64,000 nt of DNA from the NCBI RefSeq assembly GCF_018977255.1, contig NW_024704742.1, positions 42,658,001 to 42,722,000 on the forward strand, written 5' to 3'. The DNA comes from Callorhinchus milii. Its lineage: Eukaryota. The notes beneath the pieces were generated by a model that saw nothing but the letters and a program-made list of their open reading frames with translations, did not search any database and was not told where the DNA came from. This document shows positions 41,140-53,600 of the stretch, piece after piece (positions within the stretch are counted from its first letter, which is position 1; every line of letters starts with the position of its first letter). A program made the translations under genes and the position numbers.

Positions 41140-41535
41140 GTAGCTCCCTCATCTCTGGGTCAGAAGATTGTGGGTTCACGTTCCACGTTGGAACTTGAAC
41201 ACATAGTTAGGCTGACACTTCAAAGAGACTCATGCATTCCAGGAGGTGCCATCCTTCAGGTAAGATATTACACTGATGTCCAGGCTGCCAATTCAAGCAG
41301 ATGTTAAAGATTCCATGACACTAATAAAAAGGAGAAGGACGTTTCTCCTGGTGTCATGGCCAATAATCTTCCAGATAAATTGGTCACTTACTTTATTGCT
41401 GGCTGTGGGACTGTACAAAATGGTTGCTATGTTTGCCTACAATGCACACTCATTATACTTAACAGTAAATCTCAGTAAATCTCTGTTTTATAAGTTAACA
41501 TTATAAGTAATATATCAAACACAAGGATTATTATT
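41140..41535 (+). mobile_element. Deu-domain SINE (family B)
   Basis: GTCAGAAGATTGTGGGTTCACGTTCC, GCTGACACTT, GGAGGTGCCATCCTTC, GTTAAAGATTCCATGACACTA, tail. Confidence 0.8.
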
Positions 41536-42471
41536 ACTTGCACAAAGTGGGATGTAGCTTTGGTCTCCTCCCAAAGTGATACTAACTATGATAAATCAAG
41601 AGCATATGATATCACTATAGTCAAAAGTTATTTGTAGCACATGCTGTCACATTCACTTGGAAGCCAATCTCCTGGTGTAGAAAACAAAATCAATTTTTGC
41701 CTTTTCTGCAATGGATCAACTGTACTAGCTATACTGTAAGACTCTTGACAGTTTTCATCAGTTCTTACACAGCTCATTTGGCCATTTACTGTTGAAACAT
41801 GCAAATTACAATATAATCAGCACTAGTTGTTGGCATTTATGATGATTTACTTTAATGGTGTTCTTTCTCCTTCTGCAATATTTTATCATGCCGCTGCAGG
41901 TTTGCTTAAACCACTGCATAATTGTAGACGTTGAAGCCTTGGTATTTGGATGTGATTTTCAACTGTCCTCAACTGACTTTATATCTATAAAATTGTTCCA
42001 CATGCTAATTACTTAGATTAAGTTATTCCACCAAATGTCTAGAACAACTGCAAAATTAAAATGATCCCAGATGTGACAACAGCTTTCTTTGTCATCATAA
42101 AGAAATGTGTGTCCTTGGAGAGGAAAGAAACATCTCATTGGAGCTGAGCTGGCTCCAAGGTGACATGCTTAGCTTCTGTGGTGGTCTCAGGCACTATATC
42201 AAATATCAAATGCAAGGATTATTATGACAGACCAGTCAGCCTAGAGCATTGACAGAACCTTTAGGGGCAGACCAGTCACTGAGAGCAGAGATTCTTCCCA
42301 CTCCGTTAACAACAACAAGATTTCATTTATAGAGCGCCTTTCACGTCGGGAGGATGTCCCAAGGCGCTGGACAATTGGGTCGGGACCCAACAACCCTGCA
42401 AACTGTGGTCCAAGCTGGAAAAGCAGTGCGAAGATTGCCAGGCGGTGCTCTAAATGGCTAGCTGTGAAGTC

Positions 42472-42725
42472 AAACAAAACAGAAGTCGCTGGGAACACTC
42501 AGCAGGTCAGGCAACATCTATGGAGAAAGGAAAGTGAGTCAACGTTCTGGGTCCAGGACCCTTCGTCAGAACTGGGGCATGTTGGAGGAGAGGCTTTTAA
42601 GGGCTAACAGAAAGGGGGTAGGCGGGACAAGGAAGACAAAGAAAAAAATGGGGTAGAGGACAGGGGATGATGGGTCAAAGAGGTGTTAATGATGCAGATC
42701 AAAGGTGGGGATTGCAGCAAAACAG
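42472..42725 (-). mobile_element. Penelope-like terminal-repeat fragment with mutated hammerhead core
   Basis: Reverse strand AGTTCTGACGAAGGGTCCTGGACCCAGAACGTTGACTCACTTTCCTTTCTCC. Extent beyond 42575 (pyrimidine-rich on minus) is uncertain. Confidence 0.7.
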
Positions 42726-44657
42726 GAGAATAGAGATTGTAATACAAATTACTTGGATTATTCCACTTTTGAAATAAATACGTCATTTATTACCAATTCC
42801 TATTTTTGTTTATGATTTACACTCTTGTGTTTTACTTATTTTTTCTTCATTGCTGTACATTTCTCCCAACCATTGTTATATATTTCTCCTGCTGGGAAAT
42901 TCATTAGCTGTATGACAGAACACCTCAGTAGAATAACTATTGGGAGTGTCCTTGGTTATCTACCATCCAATTTTCTTTCCTACTTTACAACAGACCACAT
43001 TGGCACATCATCTTACTCTGTAACAAATGCCTGTCCATCACATATCAAACACATTCAGTGCACAAATGATTTGTTTTACAATGCTAGGATTTTTCATTAG
43101 CTCCCTCAAAGCAAGCAAGCATTGGTTAGAAACATGCAACAATCAAGGCCCATTATCGAAAGAGAATGGCATACTTTCCTGGCTCCACTGGCTTCCCATA
43201 CTCCAGCAAATCGAGTTCAGGATCCTTCCCCTAACCCTAATGCTGAAGTTGGGATCTTTTTACCATAGAACATTGAAATTTACAGCACACAAGATCATTT
43301 AATTCTCATTGCATCTGTTTTGGCTCTTTGAAAAAACAATCCATTCAGTCCTATTTGCAGGCTTCCACCCCACCCCCCAATACCACAAACTGCTCCTGTT
43401 AATGTATCTATCTAGTTCCCTCTTGAAAATTGTTGTGGATCCTACCTGAACCACCATTCCTGGCAGGTAATTCCCACATCGCTTTGTGTAAAAAAATCCT
43501 GATCTTTCCCTTTGTTTTTTTGTTAAAGAGAGATCAAGGAGAAATCAATGTTCCAGTGAGAACAGTGCCCTTCACAAACCAGTGATTACTTCTGAGGTGG
43601 TGATATTATGACTATGAGGTGGAATTTTTGGCAGATTCTACAACACACTGAATATCATCCCTGTATATAAATAAGGTACTTCAGTACAGCAGCCAGGCCA
43701 CTTTCTGTCAGTGCTGAAGAAATGCTTCTTTATCAGTGGCAGCTCATTCAAGACTTCACTTTTGTTTTTAAAAGCCGTTTCCAACTAAATTCTGTCAGCT
43801 ATTCTGCAATGCTCCTTAAAAAAAGACTGTTCCTTATTTCAAGGTACAGTAATTCTACAAGCTTGATGATACAATGCAGAGAAAAATTACAAATATTGAC
43901 AATATAATTAAAACAATTTCAGGGACACAGTTTGTAGCTGTCATTGTTCAGATAAACAGACTGAACAATGCTGAACAGTGCTGAAGAGAGACAAGAGCAT
44001 TCAGAAGAAGATGCAACAAACTGCTGGCACTTTGGGGATTGCTGGCCACAGAAGATGAAAGATTCATGATTTAATACAAATGTTTTATTTTTCTGACAAG
44101 TAAAATACATAATCTCATCAAAGATGAATTCATCAGGGATTAAACAGGGATTTTTTTTTTAGTCTGTGCTACTTTAGTGACCCCAACTATCAAAAGTGAT
44201 TGGCAGTTTGTAAAATATATGAGCAGACATAGGAAAATTATTGATCATTAACAAATTGATAAAACAGTTACTATATTAAAGGTAAAAAGCATTAATGTTA
44301 ATAAAGTCTCCAAATTTTCTTTCTAGAACCCATTATTGAAGCATCTCCTCTGCAAAGCCAGCAAAACCCAAATACATTTGGGAATTTTAAAGCTGGAGAC
44401 TGGTGGAGGCAGTGGATCAGTGCACTGCTATCTCATCTTGCAATCTAGACTGAGTTTAAGGCAAACTCGTCTAACGCTCAGTGAGAAGGGATCATCCACT
44501 GCAGCAACTCACTCACCCTGCTTCAACAGCATCTCCCAGCCCTGTGACCTCCACATACAAGTCACTCACCATCCTGACTTGGACATACATTATCATTCTT
44601 TCTTTCACCGACACTGGGTCAAAATCCAGGAACTCCTTACCTAACACTATAATGGGA

Positions 44658-44815
44658 ATTAGGTGCTTACAATGCATCCCTCCCAAGAGAGAGTGCGCAT
44701 TCTCTGGAATTTCCATGTGTAGGTGGAATGCATGGAATTCTCAGTTTGGTTTGGATACAAAGCATAGTGATGGGTTTCCACATGTGTCAGACACCCAGCT
44801 GAACCCCCCAAAATA
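44658..44815 (+). repeat. Short family C copy inserted into an older LINE 3' tail (~44560-44945)
   Basis: Flanked by ATAATGGGA at 44649-44657 and 44816-44824. Confidence 0.7.
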
Positions 44816-46601
44816 ATAATGGGAGCACCATCATCACAAGGACTATAATGGTCTAAAGAGAATCTCACTACCATCTCTCAGAGCAAGCAGTGATGGGTAA
44901 TAACTGCTGCTCCTGTCAATGTTGCCCACGTCCCAAGGTGAGTAAATAGAGAGCAGAGTGAAATCACCAGCAGTTGAGTATAAATGGGTCACTGTATTGG
45001 CAATCAGACGATAAATATGGCTGATGTACAAAATACAAAAATTCATTATGGTCCAGTAGAGAGTGTTATTCTGAATTTGAGTATAAGGAGGAAATAAAAT
45101 CTAGAGCAAGTTATTTCAGGAAATAGTGGGATACAGTAGTGGAGTACGAACACTGACATGGACGAGTTCGGCCAAATAACCTGTTTCAATCCTGTAATTC
45201 TATGTCACTGTGTTGGATGCTTTGGTCTGTCCTGGAAACTGTTTGGGACCTACCCAAGTATTGGAAACCACTTGGAAATGTATTCCCTCTTGACTTCCCT
45301 CACCATTTACAGCCTGTTGTTGGAGAACAATAGACTATAGACAATTTCTTTCCATCTGGCCATGATGCACATGAACAGGGAATGCTTCCAACTGAAGCTT
45401 GGAAACCTCATCACTCAAATTTCTTATCTCAACAAGGACTAAATTTTCACTGGCCTTTTAAACAAAACAGAAATGTTTTAATCGAATAATTACATTTTTT
45501 AAAACAGCTGAAAACATCAGAATTTAAACTGGGCGGTAGATGGAAAAAAATGCAATTTGCGATGTTATGGTGGGACCATGATCCAGATTGTGGCTTCTGG
45601 AGCTGTCACAATGACAACTCTAGTGGGGGATCACCCAGTCCACTAACTTTGTTAAAGTGGTTTCACTCATAAGCCGATTTCAGTATCTACTGAGCCAACT
45701 GGCTGTGCATTTAATCGTGGGACCACACAGAACCCAACATCTCAGTCTCAGTTTGGTGAATTCCAGCCTGGCTCATCCTTAAAAGTAGGTTAAACTAGTA
45801 ACCTAGAATAAAAGATGATCATGTCATATTACATTCTGATTCTCTACACCTAGGTTCAAATTCACCTCCAGCTAATGTGATCCAATTCTCCTCACTATGT
45901 TAGCTACTAAAAGAGTCCTAAGTAAATGTTGGACAGTTATAATTCTGTTAACAATGTGTGTGTGCGGGGGAGGGGGAGGGGGGTGGGAGTGGGGAAGCAG
46001 AGAAGGATCCTATAAAAGTTATCACTGGAATATTTCTAAAAGTGGAATATTCGCATCACATGGGCACAGGCAAGAGTGTGTGTTCTCCCGAGGGTGTAGC
46101 TAAAATCCACATCGGTAGGGAAGATCAGAGGGATTTTTACTCTGGATTTGTTTCATGCCATATCTGACTTTAAATATGAAATTGTCCTATTCCTCAAGAC
46201 TTGATCAGCATAATTAAAATAATGCTGTATTAGTCTAAGTATCATGGACTTTTAAAGTACATAAGATACAGCTTTATACAACATAACAGCCATTTCTAAA
46301 AAAAATTATAAATGATATGCTCAGTAAATCTGTAGAAAATGGGTAGGTGGGAGATAATAATAACGATGCTTGCATCATATCCCATATTTTTCCCCTCACA
46401 ATACCTAAATTGTAGATGGTGACATTTATACAAACCACTTCTGCATGCCAAGTTTTCATTAAATGTATACAAATGGTGTTTTTTTTTAAAAATCACACTG
46501 GATCTAAACTCAGCTACGATTGTAACGAACATCATCCCTTTCAGCAAAGATAGCTCTCAGGTTAGTGGAACTAAAACCCATGCAAATTAAGAGAGGAGCT
46601 T

Positions 46602-49397
46602 TCACAGGGAGACAGACCAAGGTTGGGAACTAAACATTCTAGGGTACTCAACGTATAGAAAAAATAGGCAATGTGGAAAACAAGGTTGGGTGGGGTGGGG
46701 GGGAGCCGTGCTAATAAAGGATGAGATAAAAACAGCAGAGAAGAAGGATTTTAAATCAGAAAATCAGGATGTAGAGTCAGTATGGGTGGAGGTAAGAAAC
46801 AACAAGGGACAGTAAACACTAGTTTATAGACGCCCAAACAGCAGTTACAGTACTGAGCAGGGTAGGGTATTAATCAGGAAATTAGAGGAGCATGTAGCAA
46901 GGGGAATACAATAATAGTGGGTGATTTCAATCTTCATATAGACTGGGAAAACCAAACTGTCAAAGGTAAATTAGAGGATGAGTTTATAGAATGCATTAGA
47001 GATAGTTTTCTAGAACAATATGCTGAGGAACCAACCAGGTTATCCTAGATCTTGTTTTGTGTAATGAAATAGGGCTAATCAGCAATCTGGAAGTTAAGAC
47101 TCCTCAAGGGCAGAGTCACCATAACATGATGGAATTTAACATTACGTTAGAGAGTGATATAATTGAATCTGAAGCAAAAGTCATAAATCTAAATAAAGCC
47201 AACTTTGCAGGTATGAGAGAAGATTTGGCTAACATAGACTGGAAAATTAGATTAAAAAATGACGGTAGACCAGCAATGGCAAAAGTTTAAAGATATAATA
47301 CATAATTCCCAGCGATCACATATTCCCTTGAAAAATAAAAATACCATGGGAAAAGTGGTTCAACCTTGGCTAACTAGAGAAGTTAGCGAAAGTATAAAAT
47401 TAAAAGAAGAGGCCTATAATACTGCAACAAGAGCAGTAAACCTGAGGATTGGGAGGGCTTTAGATAGCAGCAAAGGAAAACCAAGAAATTGATTAAGAGG
47501 GAGAAAATGGAATATGAGGGTAAACTAGCTAGGAACATAAAGAAGATTGCAAGAGTTTTTACGAGTACATAAAGAGGAAGAGACTATCAAAAGTAAATTT
47601 AGGTCCATTGCAGGCAGGGACAGGAGAAATTATAATGGGGAATAAAGAAATGGCAGAGTCATTAAACAATTATTTTGCTTCTGTCTTCACATTAGAGAAC
47701 ACTGAAAATTTACCGAAAATAGAGGGGAACCTGGAGGCTAATGTTATTGAGGAACGTAAAGAAATGAACATCAGTAAAGCAATAGTACTAGAGAAATTGA
47801 TAGGATTAAAAAATGATAAATCCCCTGGACCTGATGGCCTGCATCCTAGGGTTTTAAAAGAGGTGGCTGCAGAGATAGTGGATGCTTTGTTTTTGATCTT
47901 CCAAAATTCCCTGGATTCTGGACTGGTTCCCATTGATTGGAAGGTCACAAACGTAACACCGCTATTTAAGAAGGATGGGAGACAAAAAATGGGGAACTAT
48001 AGACCAGTTAGTCTGACATCGGTGGTAGGGAAAATTCTGGAGTCCTTAATTAGGGATGTCGTTGTGGGGTACTTAGAGAATCATAACATGATTAGGCAGA
48101 GTCAACATGGCTTTACAAAAGGAAAATCATGTTTAACAAATCTTTTAGAGTTTTTTGAGGATGTAACAAGCAGGTTAGTTAGGGGGGAACCAGTAGATGT
48201 GGTGTATTTGGATTTCCAGAAGGCATTCAACAAGGTACCACATAAAAGGCTGTTGGATAAGATCAGAGTCCATGGAATTAGAGGTAATATATTAGCATGG
48301 ATTGGAGAGTGGCTAACAGGAAGAAAATAGTGAGTAGGGATAAACAGGTCCTTCTCAGATTGGGAGGATCTGACTAGTGGAGTGCCACAAGGATCAGTGC
48401 TTGGACTTCAATTATTTACAGTCTATATCAATGATTTAGATGAGGAAATAGAACTTAATATATCTAAATTCGCGGACAATACGAAGATAGGTGGGAGAGT
48501 AAGCTGTGAGGAGGACACACGAAGAATGCAAAGGGAAATAGACAGGCTAGGTGAGTGGGCAAGAAGGTGGCAGATGGAGTATAACGTGGGGAAGTGTGAA
48601 GTTATTCACCTAGGTAATAAAATTGAAAAGTGGATTATTTTCTGGAGGGGGAGAGACTAGATAGTGTTAGTGTTCAGAGGGATTTGGGTGTCCTTGTACA
48701 CCAGTCACGAAAAGTTTGTATGCAGGTACAGCAAGTAACTATGAAGGCTAATGCCATGTTGGCGTTTGTTGCAAAAGGGTTAGAGTACAAGAGTAGGGAA
48801 GTCTTGCTGCAGTTGTATAAGGCTTTGGTGAGACCGCACCTAGAATACTGTGTGCAGTTTTGGTCTCCTTATTTAAGAAAGGACATATTCACCTTAGAGG
48901 GGGTGCAGCATAGATTCACTAGGTTGGTTCCTGGGATGAAGGGGTTGACCTATGAGGATAGGTTGAGTAAACTAGGCCTATATTCTCTAGAATATAGAAG
49001 AATTAGAGGTGATCTTATAGAAACCTATAAGATTCTTAAGGATTTTGACAGGGTAGATGCCGAGAGGCTGTTTCCCCTGGTTGGAGAATCTAAAACTAGG
49101 GGTCATAGACTTAAGAGTAAGGGTTAGCCTTTTTGAACTGAGTTGAGGAAACATTTCTTCACTCAGAGAATTTGTGGAATTCTCTACCCCGGAAGGCTGT
49201 GCTTGCTCAGTCCTTGAACATATTTAAGACTGAGGTTGATAGATTTCTAAAGGATAGAGGGATTAAGGGATATTGGGACAGGGCGGGTAAATGGAATTAG
49301 GTTAGAAGATCAGCCATGGTCTTATTAAATGGCAGGGCAGGCTTGAGGGACTGAATGGCCTACTCCTGCTCCTACGTCTTAAGGTGTTATGGTCTTC
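46602..49397 (+). mobile_element. CR1-clade LINE, 5'-truncated, decayed ORF2 (APE endonuclease + reverse transcriptase) with 3' UTR
   Basis: Motifs GDFNLHIDW, SPGPDGLHPRVLKE, GNYRPVSLTS, QHGFTKGKSCLTNL, VYLDFQKAF, PQGSVLG, KFADNTK, LVRPHLEYCVQFWSP across several frames. In-frame TAG TGA at 48328-48333 and frameshifts. CR1-type tail GGCCTACTCCTGCTCCTA. Confidence 0.95.
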
Positions 49398-51639
49398 TTG
49401 CTAGCTTAATTTCGTAAAATCAAAGTGAAATGAGATTAGCAGGGAATTTACTGTTTACTGTGAAAGAGTCCTTTCTGATAGAAAGTGACAGAAATAATGA
49501 ATGATTACAACTGCTTCACGAGAAGCTTTATTTTAAAGTTCTTTTGTAATAATACAAATAGGTGCTCAGTTCTACTGTGTAGCTGAATGCATGTCAAAAA
49601 CGGCTGGTAATGTGAGTTGTCACATTATTTGCAATTCAACAGTGCTTCCTGCGAATTCCTGTTTATGACAGAAGACACGCAACCTTGCAAAACCAGACTT
49701 CTATTGGTCTTCATCATTTTGTACAAATGAATGCGCTAATGCGGTGATCAATAACCTTGAGTGTTCCGTGCTATTTTAAGAAATGGTAGTACACATTGTT
49801 CCACGCTTCAGTTATGAAGTCTAGTTATGGTTTACCTTTCATTAATCAACTTCCTCCTTGTTCTTGAGGTCACAGAGCTAGTTAACACTAGCATTAGAAT
49901 GAATTATAAAGGACAACAACCATTGAAAATTAGAAGCTAATGCTAATCGATATTAAAATGTATTGATATGAGTGGATTATTGCTGGATTACATCTTGTAT
50001 TTCCATTCTACTGTATCGGAATCTTTCCATGAATCTGAGATTTTCAAATCCTACAAATTGCATGGTCACTACATTTTACATTAAATCCTTTGAAGCACTT
50101 TGAGACGTCCACCCAAAGTGAAAGGCAAGGATTATTAATTATTGATGAGCCAACCACCTGACATCAAATGCAAGGATTATTAATTATTATTATTGTTATT
50201 ATTATGTTGCTTGTGTCTGATTCCCTGCACAATTTCTCCAGCAATTACACTGGAATCACAAATGATCTGCAGAAAAAAATGCTATTTTAACTGTACCCTC
50301 AAGGCATGAACTGTACAGTGCCAAATAAAATGTTGAAATTGCACCAGTTATTCAACTGAAACTAAAGCAGCCATTTTAAAACATGGAATATCTCAGTTAT
50401 TCAGACAAATCACTTTTGGACAAGACTAAACTCACACATGTCCCAGAACCAATGTAGGCTTCTGCAGGAATGGCTTTTCAAATCTACTCAAACAGCAGGA
50501 AGAAATGAGCATTTAAATGCACCCATCATTGAAGCTAAAGTACATTTGTGCAGATCTTTTTTTTCAACAGTAAAGTGAATAAGCCTAACCAACTGTTTCT
50601 GTTAACAGATCTGCATATTAGTCAAATATTGTCTTGGACTTTTTAACAATCTGCTAATAATGTAAACAAATGTACATGCTATAGATGCTTATGTTAGAAC
50701 CAATGTTGCTCAGCAATTGTACATAATGTATATTTATTCACTTTTGTTTACTTTTCACTGCAGAGAAAAAAATAATCTGCATCATACTTTGGCACCTTCA
50801 CTATGTGGCACCCGATTTCGCTAATTATGGAACTCAGGCTCCAAAGAATAATAATAATATTTGAAGTGAAATGAGTGTTGTGAATACAAATGAGTTTTAC
50901 AGGTGGTTTATTTCCTTTCCACTTCTGCTTTCCTCGTCTGAAGCCACTGACTGATGCCAATGTACTGTTACATGGAAGAATTCCCATCAAAACATTTCCA
51001 AGACTTTAGGAATAATTACTGTTGAGTGACTGATTTTGTAGGCAAATGTGATTGCCACTTTACACAAAGTATGGTCCCAAAAACAGTTATGACCACATTC
51101 TCCAATGGATTTTTAGCCATAACAGCAGGAGATCTATCCTTCTTCGTTTGAATCATTTCATGGGATTTTTAAAGAACACCTGAAGAATACGTAGAAAGGA
51201 CCTTGATTTAACACCTCATTCCAAAAGCTGGCATCTCGGACAATGTACAATTTTCCCAATATAGCACTGGAGTGGCAGCCTAGACCACTTAGTGTCCTAA
51301 CGTGGGGCTTTAATCTACAATCTTCTGATCTAGAAGCAACATTAAAAACTGGGCCAAGCTGACACCCAAACTGGCAGTCTTCCCATAATTTCCTCAAGAG
51401 GTCACTTTTCATACAGGAGCCAAGACAGAGTGCCAGCAGGCTATTTGACAATTATCACAGCTGAGCTGTTTTCACCCGAGGTCATGCAGGAGGTATAAGA
51501 TAGTGATTTACATCATCCCCTGCCGCTCCCTCCTTTATGGGGGGAGGCAGGCAGACATACGTACACTTTCAGGACTCTTGTTACTCATCGAGCATCCCTC
51601 TGTACATTAGATGGTTGCACACATGTTTACAGTTTTGAG

Positions 51640-51890
51640 TGTGGTCGTGTGTCACCCGATGTGGGTGCGGCTAGCACAGGAGTAGCTCTGGCTGAGGGTC
51701 AGGCCCCATCTGGCCTTGCTGCGGCTGAGCCAAGCTTCAGCATGTCCTCTGCATGTGTGAAAGCCCTGATCAGGAGGCTCTTCTCAAGACCAGATAGGCC
51801 GTGTCCTGATAGCTTTTGGATTGGGCCGGAATGACGCGTTCTGCCAGACATGGCTGGTAGTCACCACAGGGAACCCCACGGTCAGGTCTG
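51640..51890 (-). mobile_element. Possible Tx1/L1-clade LINE ORF2 C-terminal remnant
   Basis: GC-rich; minus strand reads EDMLKLGSAAAR(fs)ARWG, like the recalled shark Tx1-type ending DALKLGAAAAKAQWG. Confidence 0.35.
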
Positions 51891-52859
51891 CCCTCTCTCC
51901 TTTACTGTATATAGAGATTTACAGCACAAAAGGGGGCCATTCAGCCCATCATGTTGAACTATATAACTATCAGTCTGGTATCAATATTCTTGATCATCTT
52001 GATGGGTTTGTGTATGTGTCAGGCTGAATAAAAAAAAGTCTTCTATTTTGATTTAAGCTTACCTATTTTAGTAAGGTAATAGTAAAGTATTCTCCAAACC
52101 ATGTAGCATTTTTTTTGTTTTGTTGAAACCATCATACTTGGCATTTCATCATAGATAGAAAGAATGATCTGTATATTTTTACTGTCCTTGTTAAATCTAT
52201 GGGGTTCCGGGATGCTGACGCAAACTCATGTCAGAAATATATTAAATCACGCAATTAGAAATGTAATAAGCAGTAGAAGATCAAATACACAGGGCTAAGA
52301 TTTGTGACATTTTATAACAGATTTGATGTGATAATCATTGCTTTGAATGTATTACAAAATGACACACTTTTCACCCCGCACTAGGCAAAGCAGTAGCTCA
52401 GAGGACTTTGACAAACAGTTGACCAAGAAAAATCTTCACCCCCATTATATGAATACAAATAGCTTAAATCAGTAAATATGAGCTATTGGGTTGTCTGCAT
52501 TTTGTCGTAACAAGATGGTAGAACACAATCTGCTTGTTTTGAGGCGGTGACGCACAGAGTTATACGCCAACTACTGTAGAATTATACAAGGGAAACCTAC
52601 TCCAGAGTCCATATCATCATTGTGTGTTATCTTTAGTTAACGACACGTGTACATTTCAGTGAGATGATACATATATAATTTCTTTGTTGTTCAATTAGTT
52701 TTGATAGCAAACTCTTGGTATCCTCGACTGAGTCATCAAATTGCAGTACTAGACTTCTCATAAGATACTAAGCATTCCTAATGGGTTGTTAATGTACTTG
52801 GATATGGTGGGACATTTCATATTTTACTATTGCACTTGACGTTGTAGAACAAGAGGCCA

Positions 52860-53600
52860 TAAATTGAGGATGTAGTGGTGAAGATGGGTAATGTCGTGGA
52901 GGAAAGGAAAAGTGGAGTGGGTCAGAGCACAAATGCAAAGTTTAAAGGACAACCGTCAAACAAGACACCAAGGTTCACAAAGGCTCCACAAGGTGGAGTG
53001 TGCATTCGCATAGCTTGATCCTGTTGGTGCCTCAGGTGAGAAGGCACTGATGGGAGAGTCCCTGTCTTCCTAATGTTCACGTCAAGAAAGTTAGAGCTCA
53101 TCCAGGAAACATAGAAACATAAAAATTTACAGCACAGAAGGAGACCCTTTGGCCCATCAATTCCACTCACAAAGGAGATCACTTAGCCCCACTGCCCCGG
53201 CTTAACCCCATACCCCTTCAAGCCTCTCTCTCTTTCACATGCCTGTCTATTTCCCTCTTGAGAGCTGCAATGAACTCCATTTCCACCACCCTACTCAGCA
53301 GGGTGTTTCACATTCCAGCCACTCTCTAGGTGAACAAAATCCTCCAAAGTTCTCCTTTTACTATTCTTGTGGCTATCTTGTGTGGAACCTCAATGTCTTG
53401 TTTAACTCTTAATTGTCATAGTATGTCCGACAGGCAATTGGTCAGGAGAGAGGTGTTCCTGAAATCAAGGGTGAAGGCAGAGAGATAGAGTTAGGTATCA
53501 TCCACATACATGTGGAAGTTAACCCCATGTCTGCAGATGACATTGCTGAGCAGGAGCATGTAGATATTAAATAAGAGAGGACTGAGACTAGAGCCCAGGA
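52860..53600 (-). mobile_element. Degenerate L2 RT fragment interrupted by a CR1 3' tail (~53105-53375)
   Basis: Minus strand reads GSSLSPLLFNIYMLLLSNVICRHGVNFHMYVDDT; an embedded (CATAGAAA)n CR1 tail is present. Confidence 0.7.

Noticed and set aside
47608..49127. Longest ORFs (240, 92, 165 aa) as a functional reverse transcriptase gene
   Set aside because: They are pieces of one CR1 ORF2 broken by stops and frameshifts, with catalytic FADD changed to FADN.
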